A DNA stretch of 64,000 nucleotides from Adineta vaga (taxonomy: Eukaryota > Animalia > Rotifera), in NCBI GenBank assembly GCA_021613535.1, contig CP075492.1:11036001-11100000 (forward strand), written 5' to 3'. The notes beneath the pieces are model-generated. The model saw only the letters and a program-made list of their open reading frames with translations, did not search any database and had not been told where the DNA came from. Every line of letters starts with the position of its first letter. Positions within the stretch are counted from its first letter, which is position 1. Below, piece after piece: positions 1 to 12,202 of this stretch. The position numbers were made by a program, and so were the translations under genes.

Positions 1-847
1 ATTTTCTTGTTAGACCAACTCTCTTCTCTTTTTTCCTTTCTGTTCTATATTCTTTTTTTCTCTCCGGATGAGAATATTTCTCACTATATAAAGAAACGAC
101 TGGCGTAAAAAAGCATCTGTTAAGAATTAATATCGAACTTTACTCGAACATGTTGTCTACTTCTTAGTTTACTAACAGACATTTTAATTAAAGAGAAAGA
201 CAAATGATAATTATATGTACAGATAGAGATATATCTATCTGTTACTATTATGCAGTCAACCGTAGAGAATGTATGAACTATCAAAATACATGTATAGTTT
301 AATCATCTAGACTCACCCTTGATTTTTCTTGTTTGTCTTCATGATCATATCTATCTTGTCAAGAACATTGATATGATCATATTTTTTTGGATAGATTTAG
401 TAAAATACAATTGTGCCACGCAAAACATAGTGTCCTCGCCGTACATAACTATATTGACTTTTTTAGTAATTATGACACAAATATGTCAACACAAGTGATA
501 TGAATAAAGATAATTTAATAACAGTGTATCCCAATTATAGATCACAAGGTTCGTACATCATTATGAAAACAAATTAATCATCGAAAATAGATAGAAAAAA
601 ACTCGAATAAAATATTCTACTATTTCATATCTTATTGAATATGTAAATCAAAAAAAGTGCTTTTCTCTGACATGAAGTATTCTTATATAGCACTGGAAAA
701 AAAATTCTATTAAGTATTTCATTCAATTCTATTGCTTTATACAAACACGAAAAAAAGAACAGATCAGACAAATACTGATTATGGAATGTTGTATAACAAA
801 AAGAAAAAATAAGAAAAATAAGTTAACACATTCTTCATTTATCCATT

Positions 848-3800
848 TCAAAGTGCAAATGATGAACAACCATTAACAGCTGCACGTGAACGTGGAACAT
901 TATTCATTAGAATTGCACCATTAAATGCTACAGTTAAATCTGTTTCATCATCTTCAGGTATCTTATTTGTTAAATGATTATTTGACATATATGTATACAA
1001 TTGTTGAGGTAAAGAATGATACCAAGGATAATCCGTTGTGGATTGATTTTCGTCCGATTTTTGATTATGATTTAAAAGACTTTTTGTACTTGTTAAATCG
1101 TCATAAACAGTTGGAGTAGGAATTGGTCGAGGAGGTGAACGACTGGAAAAATTATTATATAATAGATCACTTAATGCAAGACTATCACGATTTCGTTGAA
1201 TAGTTAATTCTCGATTGATCGGAGTAAGTAATGATGATGCTGTATATAAACTTTGTTTCGATTCTGCAAGGTTTAAATTCGATGATAATGTATTCGTTGA
1301 TTGTAATAATTTTCGTTTTTTCAATTTCATTCGACAACAACAACATGTAATGATAATACAAAATAACATAAGGATAAGAAGAATGAATAAACTTAAAAGA
1401 ATATAGAAGAATAATTGATTTGTTCGTAGAAATGTTTGAATATTTGAAAATACTTTCATTGGATAGAGAAATGATAATGATGATGATGATGATGTTAAAT
1501 TATATTTATAGATTTGACTTGATTCACTCATACCGATATGATTTACAGCAAATATTCGAAGAGAATATTCCATTGAAGTATTACTTAGAAAATGATTTGG
1601 ATTAATATAATAAGAAGATTTGGATGTGCGATCAAGAAATCGCCAATTTTGACCATTATCATTCGATAATTCAATGAGAAAGTATTCCGATTGTATTGAT
1701 GATTTCCATGTAAATTCATTTTGTTTAGTAATAAAAAGATCAAACGGTGGCAAAGGAGCATTTACTTGTGGACCTGTTTGAATGGATTTGAAGATACATG
1801 AACCGCATTGTATAGTACAAGCACATAGAATAAATTCATAGAATTGATAAGGATCTAATTCATCAATATGTAATGAAGTAGTGTTTGGTGATAAAAGTTG
1901 TTTGATAGTTTTCACTCGACTCGAAGAAGTATTTGTAGATGATGAGAATGATAAACGATTATCATAAGTTAAATCGTATGAACGTAGAATACCATTTAAA
2001 GATTTCGGTGGTAGCCAGTCGAGCTGCAACGAAGTAAATGTTATGTAAGAAAATGTTAATTTGTCAATTGGACCAGGTGCTACAAAAGAAATTCAATATA
2101 TTAAAACATCAAGTTCTTTTTGGAACTATGACATACTATCTTCATTTGTTCGTACTAAATCTGCATCATATGTCGGTCCATCTCCATTAATATTGAATAC
2201 ATTTATCATTATTTTATACGTTGTAAAAGGAATCAAATTATTTAACACGAGATTTGAATCATTTGATGAAGCAATATAAGTTTGTTCTTGATTATTATTA
2301 TTCGTTTCATTTTCTGATAACCATCGAATTCGATATCCAATTGATGAAGTTAATCGATTGATCATCCAATTAACAAAGATTTCTGTTGAACTTAAAACAC
2401 TTACATTCAATGATGTGATGGTTAGATCAGTTGGCGCAGACGATTGTATATGAAAATAATGCGCATAGGAAAGTGGACCATCACCTATAGAATTACTCAA
2501 GCAGACATATACAACATAGGTATCATTGATAGATGAATCTGTGCACAGATTAGTCAAATGTATTGAATAATCTTCGGTAATGGAATGAAAACTTTTTTGA
2601 TACGATTGTTCACTTGATATTGATTTGAATAAAACTTTATAACGAGTTGTATTTTCCATAGAATCAAATTTCTTGAAAATAAAAGAAGAATCATCTTTAA
2701 TCATTTCATTCAGATAATCAAAAAAGAAATATCTTACTTTCAGTTGTATATCAAGTTGACACGATTGATTTGTTGATATCGATTCAATTATTGGTTGAAT
2801 CAATGGTACTAAATCAAATAAGGACATTTAAAATGTAGAAGATTCTTTGTTGATATTTACCATTTTGTTTTGTTCGAATAGAATTTGTTGGTCGACTATA
2901 ATCACTTATACCCATATCATTCTGTGATGCTAATCGAAAACGATACTTGGTATTTGGTTTTAAACTAAACAGTAATATTAAAAAATGGCGAATTGTGAAG
3001 AAAATAAAAACAATTGTTTCTCTTCTACTTTTGTATCAATAGTGTTGTTATTTGACCATCAGGTTTATTCAATGGATCATATGGTTTCCATGATGATGAA
3101 TCTTCCTCTTCATATTCGATTAATGTATATCGAATTGGTGCATAATTAAAATCTGAATCTTTACGCCATGTTAAAATCAAATTCGTTGAATTAATCGATG
3201 TTTCAATGATTGTTGGTGGATAAGGAGCAGCCGGTCGATCTGAATGAAAGTTTTGTTTTTATTGAAGAAAATGAAAGATAAAAAATTGTATACCTCGTTT
3301 TTCCATTGTTAATAAACGATTGATACTGTTTTCACCGCAACCAATACGAGTTTTAGCACAAAGAATAAATGTATATGGAGTTGTTTTCTCCAAATCTATA
3401 GAGTACATGACAAATATTTTTTTATCACTACACGACGAATGAAATATTTACTTACTTTCTGCTAGATAAGAATTACTTGTATTTGTTAAATTATCAATTT
3501 CAATTCGTGTTTGTTCATCGTCTGATCGCCAATATATAAGTTTATATCCAATTAGAATTCCATTCAATTTCGATGGTTGTTGCCAGATCATTCGTGCAGA
3601 CCAATGATCAACATCAGGAAAGAAGACTTCAGTTGGTTTCGATGGAACTGTAAAGAAATTTTAGTTAAGAACATTTCATAAAATAAAACTGTAGAACATA
3701 CCATTTTCATCTGTAGTGAATACAATCGAATCACTGTATGGACCACATCCACTTGATGTACAAGCACTTATTGCACACGAATACTTCGTATAACCATCGA

Positions 3801-6800
3801 GATTATTCAAAATATAAATGATAGATGAACTATTGTCAAAATGATCAGTGGTAAATGTCGATTGAGGCGATAAGAATGGAAAGTACATAATCTAAAGGAT
3901 TAGTTAATTAGAATTATCTTTTCGAAAACAATTAAATTTACTTTATAATTAGTAATAAAACCACCTTGATCAATGAATTTCAATGAAGTCCAATGAAGTT
4001 TTACAGATGATCCATTTATTGATTCAACACGAATGTTTAACGGAGGAGCAAGAGGTACTAAAATTTCATGTAAACAAAAGTCAAAAGATCCGATGTTATT
4101 GTACTTTACTAACCACTTTCAAATGTTGTTTCCATTGTTTCAATCGAATTTAAACTGGTACCAATACTATTAAATGTACGTAATCGAATTGAGAACAATG
4201 TATTTGATGGTGATAAATTATTAAAGATAAATTCCGTTGTAGATGGATCTTCAATTTTAATTTCATTTATTCTTGAATCATTGATCGAAATAATATAACC
4301 CGTATCTTTTCCGATCGATGATACAGAATTCCATTCATTTGTTGGTATTGGCTAGATGAAAAAAATTCACTTAAAGTTTTTCAATTCAGTTCTTTGAGAA
4401 AACAAAACTTACCATCCATCGAACTCGAATAGCACTTGAATTCATTGCTTGTGCTAATAATATATGTGGTACACCTGATGGTACATCTGGTTTTGTTCGA
4501 AAGAAATCTGTTGGAGTACTTGTATTACTTATACCTTTAACATTCACTGCTGACATTCGTATTCGATATAATTGAGAGGGATGTAAATCATGAAGATTTA
4601 TTGTTGATTGTTCCATATTGAAAGACTAGGAAAAGTAAATTAATTAGAACATTTATTTTGTTCGATAGGAAATAATAAATCTTTTTACTTGAAAAATTTC
4701 CCATTGAGAATTGTTACTTTTCATTTGAATTTCGACAATATATCGAAGAATATTTGTTTTACCTGTATAACCTTGAGAAAATTTGATTATTGCTGAACGT
4801 TTATCAATAGAAATAACTTCCAAATTCGTTGGTGGTGATGGCATTTCCGGTGGATAACCTGATTCAATAGATGCTGAACGTTTTAATCCAAAACCTTTTC
4901 TTGTCTTTGCTCGAACACTTATTGTATACCATGTTGTTGCTGAGAGATTAGTGATTTTATACGTTGTTAATTCAGGTTTAATTTCAATTATTGAACGATC
5001 AGGTATAGTTGATTTTGTATTATTAAATTGATGCCATTCAAGTTCATAACCAACGAGATCACCATTGATTTCAAGTGGTTCTTGCCAACTAATATCCAAT
5101 GATGTGTCGTATACATTTGAAAATGTTAAATTTTCTACTTGATCCGGTACTAGAAAAAAAGTAAAATAGTTCTTTTCGAATATTCTTATATCAAAGATAA
5201 ACAATCTGAAAATTGATGAATTACTACATACCATCTTCAAGTGTTCGAACATAAACTATTGGCGATGACCATGGTCCATTGCCAATTTTCGTCGCACAAT
5301 TAATTTTCAACGAATAATTTGTATATTTTTTTAATGCACCAATAATCAACTGATACATTTCGATAGGTTTAGCTTGTTGTTCTTGATACAATGTAATATT
5401 TCGATTTAAATCAACTAGTTCAATCTATAAAAATAGATAAATGTGAATTTTGAATTTTGAATTTTGAATTTATTTTCACGTGATCATACTTTAAATGAAT
5501 TGAGAATTCCATTGATATGTGAGGATGATGGACCTTGCCATTTCATAAGAATTGCTGTCGAATTTATTGGTTCGTATTGTATGATGGTTGGTGCACGACT
5601 TGGTACACCTTCAAGTGTACGAACTTTAACAATTTCACTTGCGGGACCAATGCCAACATTGTTAACGACAGAAACTGTTATCAAATAGGATTCCCATGTC
5701 ATTAAATCTACAAAAGAAATGGATTACGTCATCATTTTTCAATGGTTATTTAAATATTCGAACCTTTTAAAATATAGGATTGAACAGAGGCATTGACGCG
5801 AATAGATTTCCAATTTAAATGTGGATAATTCAATGCATAATTGATATTATAACCAATAAGTTGTCCATTAATACTCGTTTCAATTGGTTTTGTATATTCA
5901 ATTAATACCGATGTTGAATCACGAGAAGTAGCTGTTAATGATTTGACAGTACCACTCGGAACTAAATCAAATAAGAATAGGTATGTTCTATATATGGAAT
6001 GAATAATCTTACTTTCTTCTGGTAATGTAATATTATTACTAGGAGAACTAATTTGTCCTTCTCCTAATTGATTCCATGCTGATAATCGAAAACGATACGT
6101 TGTAAATGGTCGAAGATGACGTATTAATGTCCACGTTTTTGTTTGATTTTTTTCGATATTAATATCTTCCTTATTTTGCCAACCAAGATCATCATATCCG
6201 TTGTTATCCGATGAAGATGAATCTTTCATTTGAATTGTATAACGTTCAATAGGTATGTTTCCATCAAAATTTGGTATCCAAGTTAAATTTACAGCAACTG
6301 ATTTACTTATAGAATCATTAACCAGTAAACCTCGAACAAATGTTGGTGGCCATGGTAATTCTATTGTTAATATCAAAGTTTTATGTAAGAGAACATTCGA
6401 ATATTGAGCTACTTACCGATAATTGTAACTTCAGTTGTACGACTATCATTACCAGCTTCCGACTCAACAGTACAAGTATAATTACCCTAAAAGCATCATG
6501 TACGAATGTCTTATCATGTAAGATGCGAGGATAAGTAGTGTTTATTTCCTATGATTCGTCTTTCAGTGAATGTATTACATGTATGGAAATATGACTTTCA
6601 GCGGAACAACATCTTGATTCTGGGAGTATTACTAAGTAATACGATGTTTTTTAATTACACATGAGAAATATTTATAAACATAGAGAGTTTTGTATTGAAT
6701 ACAAGATAATTTTCTACGCTTTAGCGAAGGTGATTATTAGTGTTCAATGTGGACAAATTGTTTTCGTTACGGTCATGGTCATGACACACGACCTCATTGT

Positions 6801-9077
6801 TGAGAATCATCAAAATTGTCATTTATGATCGACACGCGTGTCTTATTGATGTATATCTTATTCACCGAATCATGAAATTTTAATAATGCTAAAGACTGAA
6901 ATTGTACGAAAAACTATTTTGAACGTTTCAATACCTTTCTTAAACTACTATATATCATGGCAATATTTATTTTTTGATTTCTATACATACCGTATCTTGA
7001 TTTTGTGGTGTATCAATAACAATTGTACTTTCATTGTAAAATCGATTATGTGATATTGGCTGATTCGAATTAAAATACCAATGAATTCTTTTTGCTATAT
7101 CTTCTTCACTAAAGACATGACAAACAAGTACTAATGATTGTGCTTTAATAATTTTCATTGTTTGTGGTAATGATATAATTCTTGTACGTCCTGAAAGATA
7201 TCCATGTCAAGATCAACAAACATTCCTCTTTATTTTTCCAGGCTACTTACGTCGCACAAGTAACGTTGTACGAGCATGTGCTGATCCGAGAATATTTTGT
7301 GCCACACATTCATATGCCCCTGAATCATTTCGCATTGTGCTGAAGATCGACATGGTACCAGTTCGATTATCTACACGAAATCTATTATCAAGATTAGATA
7401 AGAGAATTCGTTCATTATCATTGGAATTCACTAAAATAAAAAGTGATGTTCATATGAGAAACAAAAGTTTCATCTTACATCTGAACCAAGTTATATTTGG
7501 TAAAGGTGATCCATTTACTGTACATGTTAATTGAACATCAGTACCATTGAAAACAATTAAATCTTTACCAACAGTTACCGTTGGTGGTTCACCTATAAAA
7601 TCTTTCTATTTCAAAACTGAATGATGAGGGAAAAAAACGGTACTGACTTTTGATTTTTAACCATGTTGAACGCGTATCTTCGCCAACATCATTACTTAGA
7701 AAACATTGATACATGCCTTGATCATTCCATTCAATACTATTCAATATCAATTGATTTTCAGATAATTGAATTCTACAAAAAATTCCTTAATAAATCTATT
7801 TCTTATTCATTTTCTTTTTACTTTGAAGATTGATTCGTTAAACGAACAGCATTTTTATACCAAGTTACATTTACACCAGTCGAAATCGATGTTCCATCAC
7901 ATGTAAAAACAATCTTTTCTTGAAGATCAACATTTTGAATAAGTGGAAAATTCGTCGATATAATTGGTACACCTATTTCGTATTCAATAGTACATTATTT
8001 CTTTCGCAAAAAAATGTTTACCTCGAACAATTAAATTCGCACTGGCATTAAGAAACTGTTCACTATTTCGTAAACGAATATGGCAAGAATAAATGCCTTG
8101 ATCATCAGCAATAATTCCCCGAACTTCAAGTGTTCGATTATATGGACCAATATGAAATCGACCATTCGTTTGATCAATTAAAACGGAATTTTTTTGCCAA
8201 ATGATTTCAATTGAATTACTTGGCCTAAAATTAGACAAAACGTGATTATTTCCATCTCGTTTTGAACTTAACCTACCCAGCATTTGCAACACATTCAAAT
8301 GATTTAATAGCATCACCAATCGTTGCTAATTGATCAGTTGGTTTAACAATAAATTCTAATGTTGGTTGAAGAAACTGAGTTTTTCTTCGATTAATTTGTA
8401 AACGATAATCAGGTGATTGTTTTGTCCCTCCGACAAAAATATTTTCTACGACAGCAAAATAAATCTTTTCATCTTGATAATCCGTATTCAATATGACTAA
8501 ATTATGTGTTGTTGTAATGAAATATTTTTCATTTATAATAATACGTATATTATCTCGTGATGATGAACTACTTTTCATAAACCATTGTACACTTGGTTCA
8601 GGTGATGAACTAATCATTGGTAGTTGTAAACTAACAGCATCCGATTCATAAACATTAACAAATTGATCGCGTTGATCATTTTTAAAACCATCGAAATACC
8701 AGATAGTTAAACGTGCTGCTTTACTTGCAACAATTCCGACGTCATTCTTCGCTAAACATCGATATGAACCTTGATCTTCTTTTTTAGCTGAAGGAATTTC
8801 GAAATAACTTAATGAAGAAAAATTTGTTGTTAAATTTTCCCATTCACGTAACCACATATACATCGGAGGTGGATAACCGATTGCATTACATGTGAATACT
8901 TTTCGTGAACCTAATGGAACATCATTATCACTTGATTCACGTAGAATTATTGGTGCTTGCAATTGTTCACCTATATAGACAAAGAGAAATTAGTGATGTT
9001 ATTCAAAACAATTCGTTTGTCTTACTGGAAATTGAAACAAAGAAAATATATACAAGACAAAACGATTTGAAGAACAT
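848..9077 (-). CDS. sdk: Sidekick family cell-adhesion protein (signal peptide, ~6 Ig, ~13 FN3, TM, cytoplasmic tail); multi-exon
   Basis: Exon 1 (9026-9077) encodes hydrophobic MFFKSFCLVYIFFVSIS followed by a gtaag donor. ORF pieces give Ig domains (FTCNAIGYPPPMYMW...DQGSYRCLAKN; DSGAYECVAQN) and many FN3 repeats (LRPFTTYRFRLSAWNQLG; VRTLEGVPSRAP). A TM segment (LFFYILLSLFILLILMLFCIII) precedes a Sidekick-type C-terminus NGAILMNNVPRSRAAVNGCSSFAL (canonical ...GFSSFV). Confidence 0.9.
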
Positions 9078-10183
9078 AGGAAAGATATGTACATTCGATT
9101 GATGAGAATATCTTAAAAAAGAATAGAAGTAAATTTCATTTCAATAAGTGACAGTTGACCGACCGTTGACACCTTTGAAAGGTATAAATTTATGATTCAT
9201 TCAAGTGACCAATGACCGCTTTTCGTTGGTTGACCATCGCCATCTTGCACTTGTCACATCCTCTTTCCTCTATACTTTCATTTGTCTCGGTAGATATATA
9301 TACAATCGTCGTCGAAAATGTATAAACATAAGAGAATTCGATGTATAGCATTATTTGCAAAGAACGATCACTGTTATAAGAAAATTGAATGAAGAGACTT
9401 TGATTTACTTTTCGAAATTTTTTGAATGTTCGATGCGCGAACGCAACGAACGGGCAAAAATTATCTACAATCGTACACGTTTGTACTTCGTAAAGCACAT
9501 ACGTGAAAGAAGATTGCTTGAGTATCTTCTGTAGAGGAGAAGGTAAGATAATTCGTTCAATTCGGACCTCGAAAAGAAGTCGTATAACTTGAACGAAGGT
9601 TTGAATTTGCTAGATTTGAGTATAGATAATATACAGGTTAAGGTAGCAAAATTTTCATAGTTAACGACTCGATTATGTTTGTTTCTTCTCGTTTGAAATG
9701 ACTCAGATACCTTCCTTTCATCGTAATTACTCAAGTTGATATAAAAGAGAAGAAATAAATTATTATGATTACATAAAAATGTTGATTGTGCCAAGCTAAG
9801 TTTTATGCTTGTTTAGTCATATATCTAAAACACGTTGAAGTACTATAAACACAAGACACTATCAAACTCAAAAGATTTCAGAAGAAACAGAGGTCGCTGA
9901 TTTATATCTACACGTACGAAACAAAACACACCTTCCTTTCATTTACCCAATGACTTTCTTTGAAAAAGTATGCAAGTAATCGCATTATTATCAAAACTAA
10001 TCTCATGTTTATATTGAATTCATCAAAAATATTGCATTGTAATTGGCAGTTGTTCTATATGTCATATGATGTATGAAGCATACTTTTCTAGATAAGAGAC
10101 ACTATCGAACTGTTATCAAATTCAAAACTGTAAAGGTCATTTTCGAACGACATATTCTGAAAATATATTCATTATAGATTGAG

Positions 10184-11459
10184 ATGTCTGCTCAACGGTT
10201 GGAAACAATCGGTCGACATATTCGACTGAGCACACAATATGTAAGCTGAAGAAGATTTGAAAAGTTATTTGACTTGAAATTTTGTGTATATTTCAGAAAA
10301 ACGGAGTACACTCTTCGGACTATCGTTTTACATTGCCAAATGGAATATTAACAGATGAACAACGTGAATTTTATGAAAAAAATGGTTTTATCGTAATTCG
10401 AAATTTAGTTAAACCGGAAACCCTCGAACGATTTCGGTGAATAGAAACTATTTATCGTTTTACAGATATATATTCTTTTTTTTCCTAGACAACGTTTTCA
10501 AGATGTTTGTACAGGTAAAGTTCAAACATTTGGTATGACAATAATGAAAGATATTGCAATTGCTAAATCGGAATTCGCTGATGGAGAAAAAGCAATAACA
10601 AAAATTCAAGATTTTGTTTTGGATGATGAATTATTTCAATATTGTTGTTTACCAGATATTGTTAAATATGTAGAAAATTTTACTGGTCCAAATATCATGG
10701 CTATGCATACAATGGTAAACTAGTTAAATAGATGTCGATCATGAAAGTATGAGGTTTTCTTCTTAGTTGATTAATAAACCACCAGATCCGGGTACTCAAA
10801 CATCACGTCATCCACTTCATCAAGATTTGTATTATTTTCCATTTCGATCTGCTGATCGAATTGTTTGTGCATGGACAGCAATGGAACATATACATCGTGG
10901 AAATGGTTGTCTGGTTGTTCTACCTGGTACTCATAAAGGCGAACTTTTAGAACATGGCTATCCAAAATGGGAGGTACCAAAGAATGATTTCTTGTCTATA
11001 TAATTGTTACATTTGTTTAGGGTGGTGTAAATAAAATGTATCATGGCATTCAAACTTTTGATCCAAATGCTGAACGTATACATTTAGAAATGTGGACAGG
11101 TGATACTGTTTTCTTTCATCCATTATTGATTCATGGTAGTGGTACTAATCGAACAGAAGGTTTTCGAAAAGTATGATCTCTTTGTTTTTTTTTCATATGA
11201 AATAATGCGATTTTTATCTTAGGCTATTTCCTGTCATTATGCAGGTTCTGAATGTGAATATATTGATTGTGGTGATGTACAAGATTTAATTTCGAAAGAA
11301 GTAACAGCTATATTTAAAAAACGTACAGGTATTGAAGATGCTCGTTTCGATGTAAGATTTCTTTTTTCTCCATTTATATATATGGCTATGCCCTTTGTTA
11401 TATAGGATGTTTGGAAAGTTAAAAGTCGACTTGTAAAAGGTGAACGAATTAATTTATAA
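10184..11459 (+). CDS. PHYH: Phytanoyl-CoA dioxygenase (2OG-Fe(II) oxygenase), peroxisomal; multi-exon
   Basis: Motifs [54 protein letters not shown] and [16 protein letters not shown]-terminal PTS2-like RLETIGRHI; C-terminus GERINL*. Confidence 0.95.
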
Positions 11460-11668
11460 AACTCTATTTTCTTTTATTGTTACTTTTCTTAATACTGTGA
11501 TTTTTCGTTCTTTTCATAAAAAGAATATACGACAATAAAAGATAGACGTTGATGATTGATGAATCATCCTTTTCTTCGCTTTCTATTTCTCTTTCGTTGC
11601 ACTGTTCTACTGTGCAATTTTTGTGGATGATGAAAGTATATAAACGAATGAATGACAAGACGAAAAGC

Positions 11669-11830
11669 ATACTTACCTGCCACGGAAGCATTCACGATCA
11701 TGAACGTGAATACTCCAGGTTGAGGCGCGAGCATTGCACATCGCTCCCGTTGACGCCTGCGAAAAGTCCACATCGGGCTTTCTCGAGTGGATAATTTGTT
11801 CCGCGGTCACATGCGTTCGCGCATTGACCA
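11669..11830 (+). ncRNA. U1: U1 spliceosomal snRNA
   Basis: Starts ATACTTACCTG. Helix H is CCAC/GTGG; SL1 loop GATCATGAAC (U1-70K site); SL2 loop ATTGCACATC (U1A site); SL3 GAAAAGTCC/GGGCTTTC; Sm-like site ATAATTTGTT at 11791-11800; SL4 GGTCA-CATGCG-TTCG-CGCAT-TGACC. Length ~162 nt. Confidence 0.95.
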
Positions 11831-12202
11831 TTCCATAGAAATGCAAATGAAATCATTTTACTTCTATACAGTATGTATTCCTCTGAACATTTCTGATAAA
11901 AACAGGCTCGTATCAAAGAGAAGTTAATCTGTTATATTTCACATCATATTTATGGTATAGTCGGAAGATCGAATAAGCACATTAAATATCATCGTGATTG
12001 TAATCACGTTTTTTTTTAATATATTATATGTCGTTTATTATGAAAAAAAAAGTTCTTGCGTAGTTAATAAATCATGAGAGACAGAAAAAAACACATGTTG
12101 ATTTTTTTTGCTATAAGAATTGGTGTTTCCTACTGTGATGAGATAATAAAGCAAAAAAGAAAAAGACCATGAGAATGGTTTGTCTAGGTTTTATGTTTGA
12201 TT

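Noticed and set aside
9190-9794. Two ~100-aa minus-strand ORFs upstream of Sidekick
   Set aside because: No domain similarity or coding-like composition. They probably lie in promoter or UTR sequence.
11594-11626. Small hairpin followed by an Sm-like AATTTTTGTGG upstream of U1
   Set aside because: No other snRNA or SL features and no 3' stem. It lies where the U1 promoter is expected.
11464-11916. Several short ORFs in the ORF track
   Set aside because: They overlap the GC-richer U1 snRNA gene and have no protein motifs, so they are spurious.
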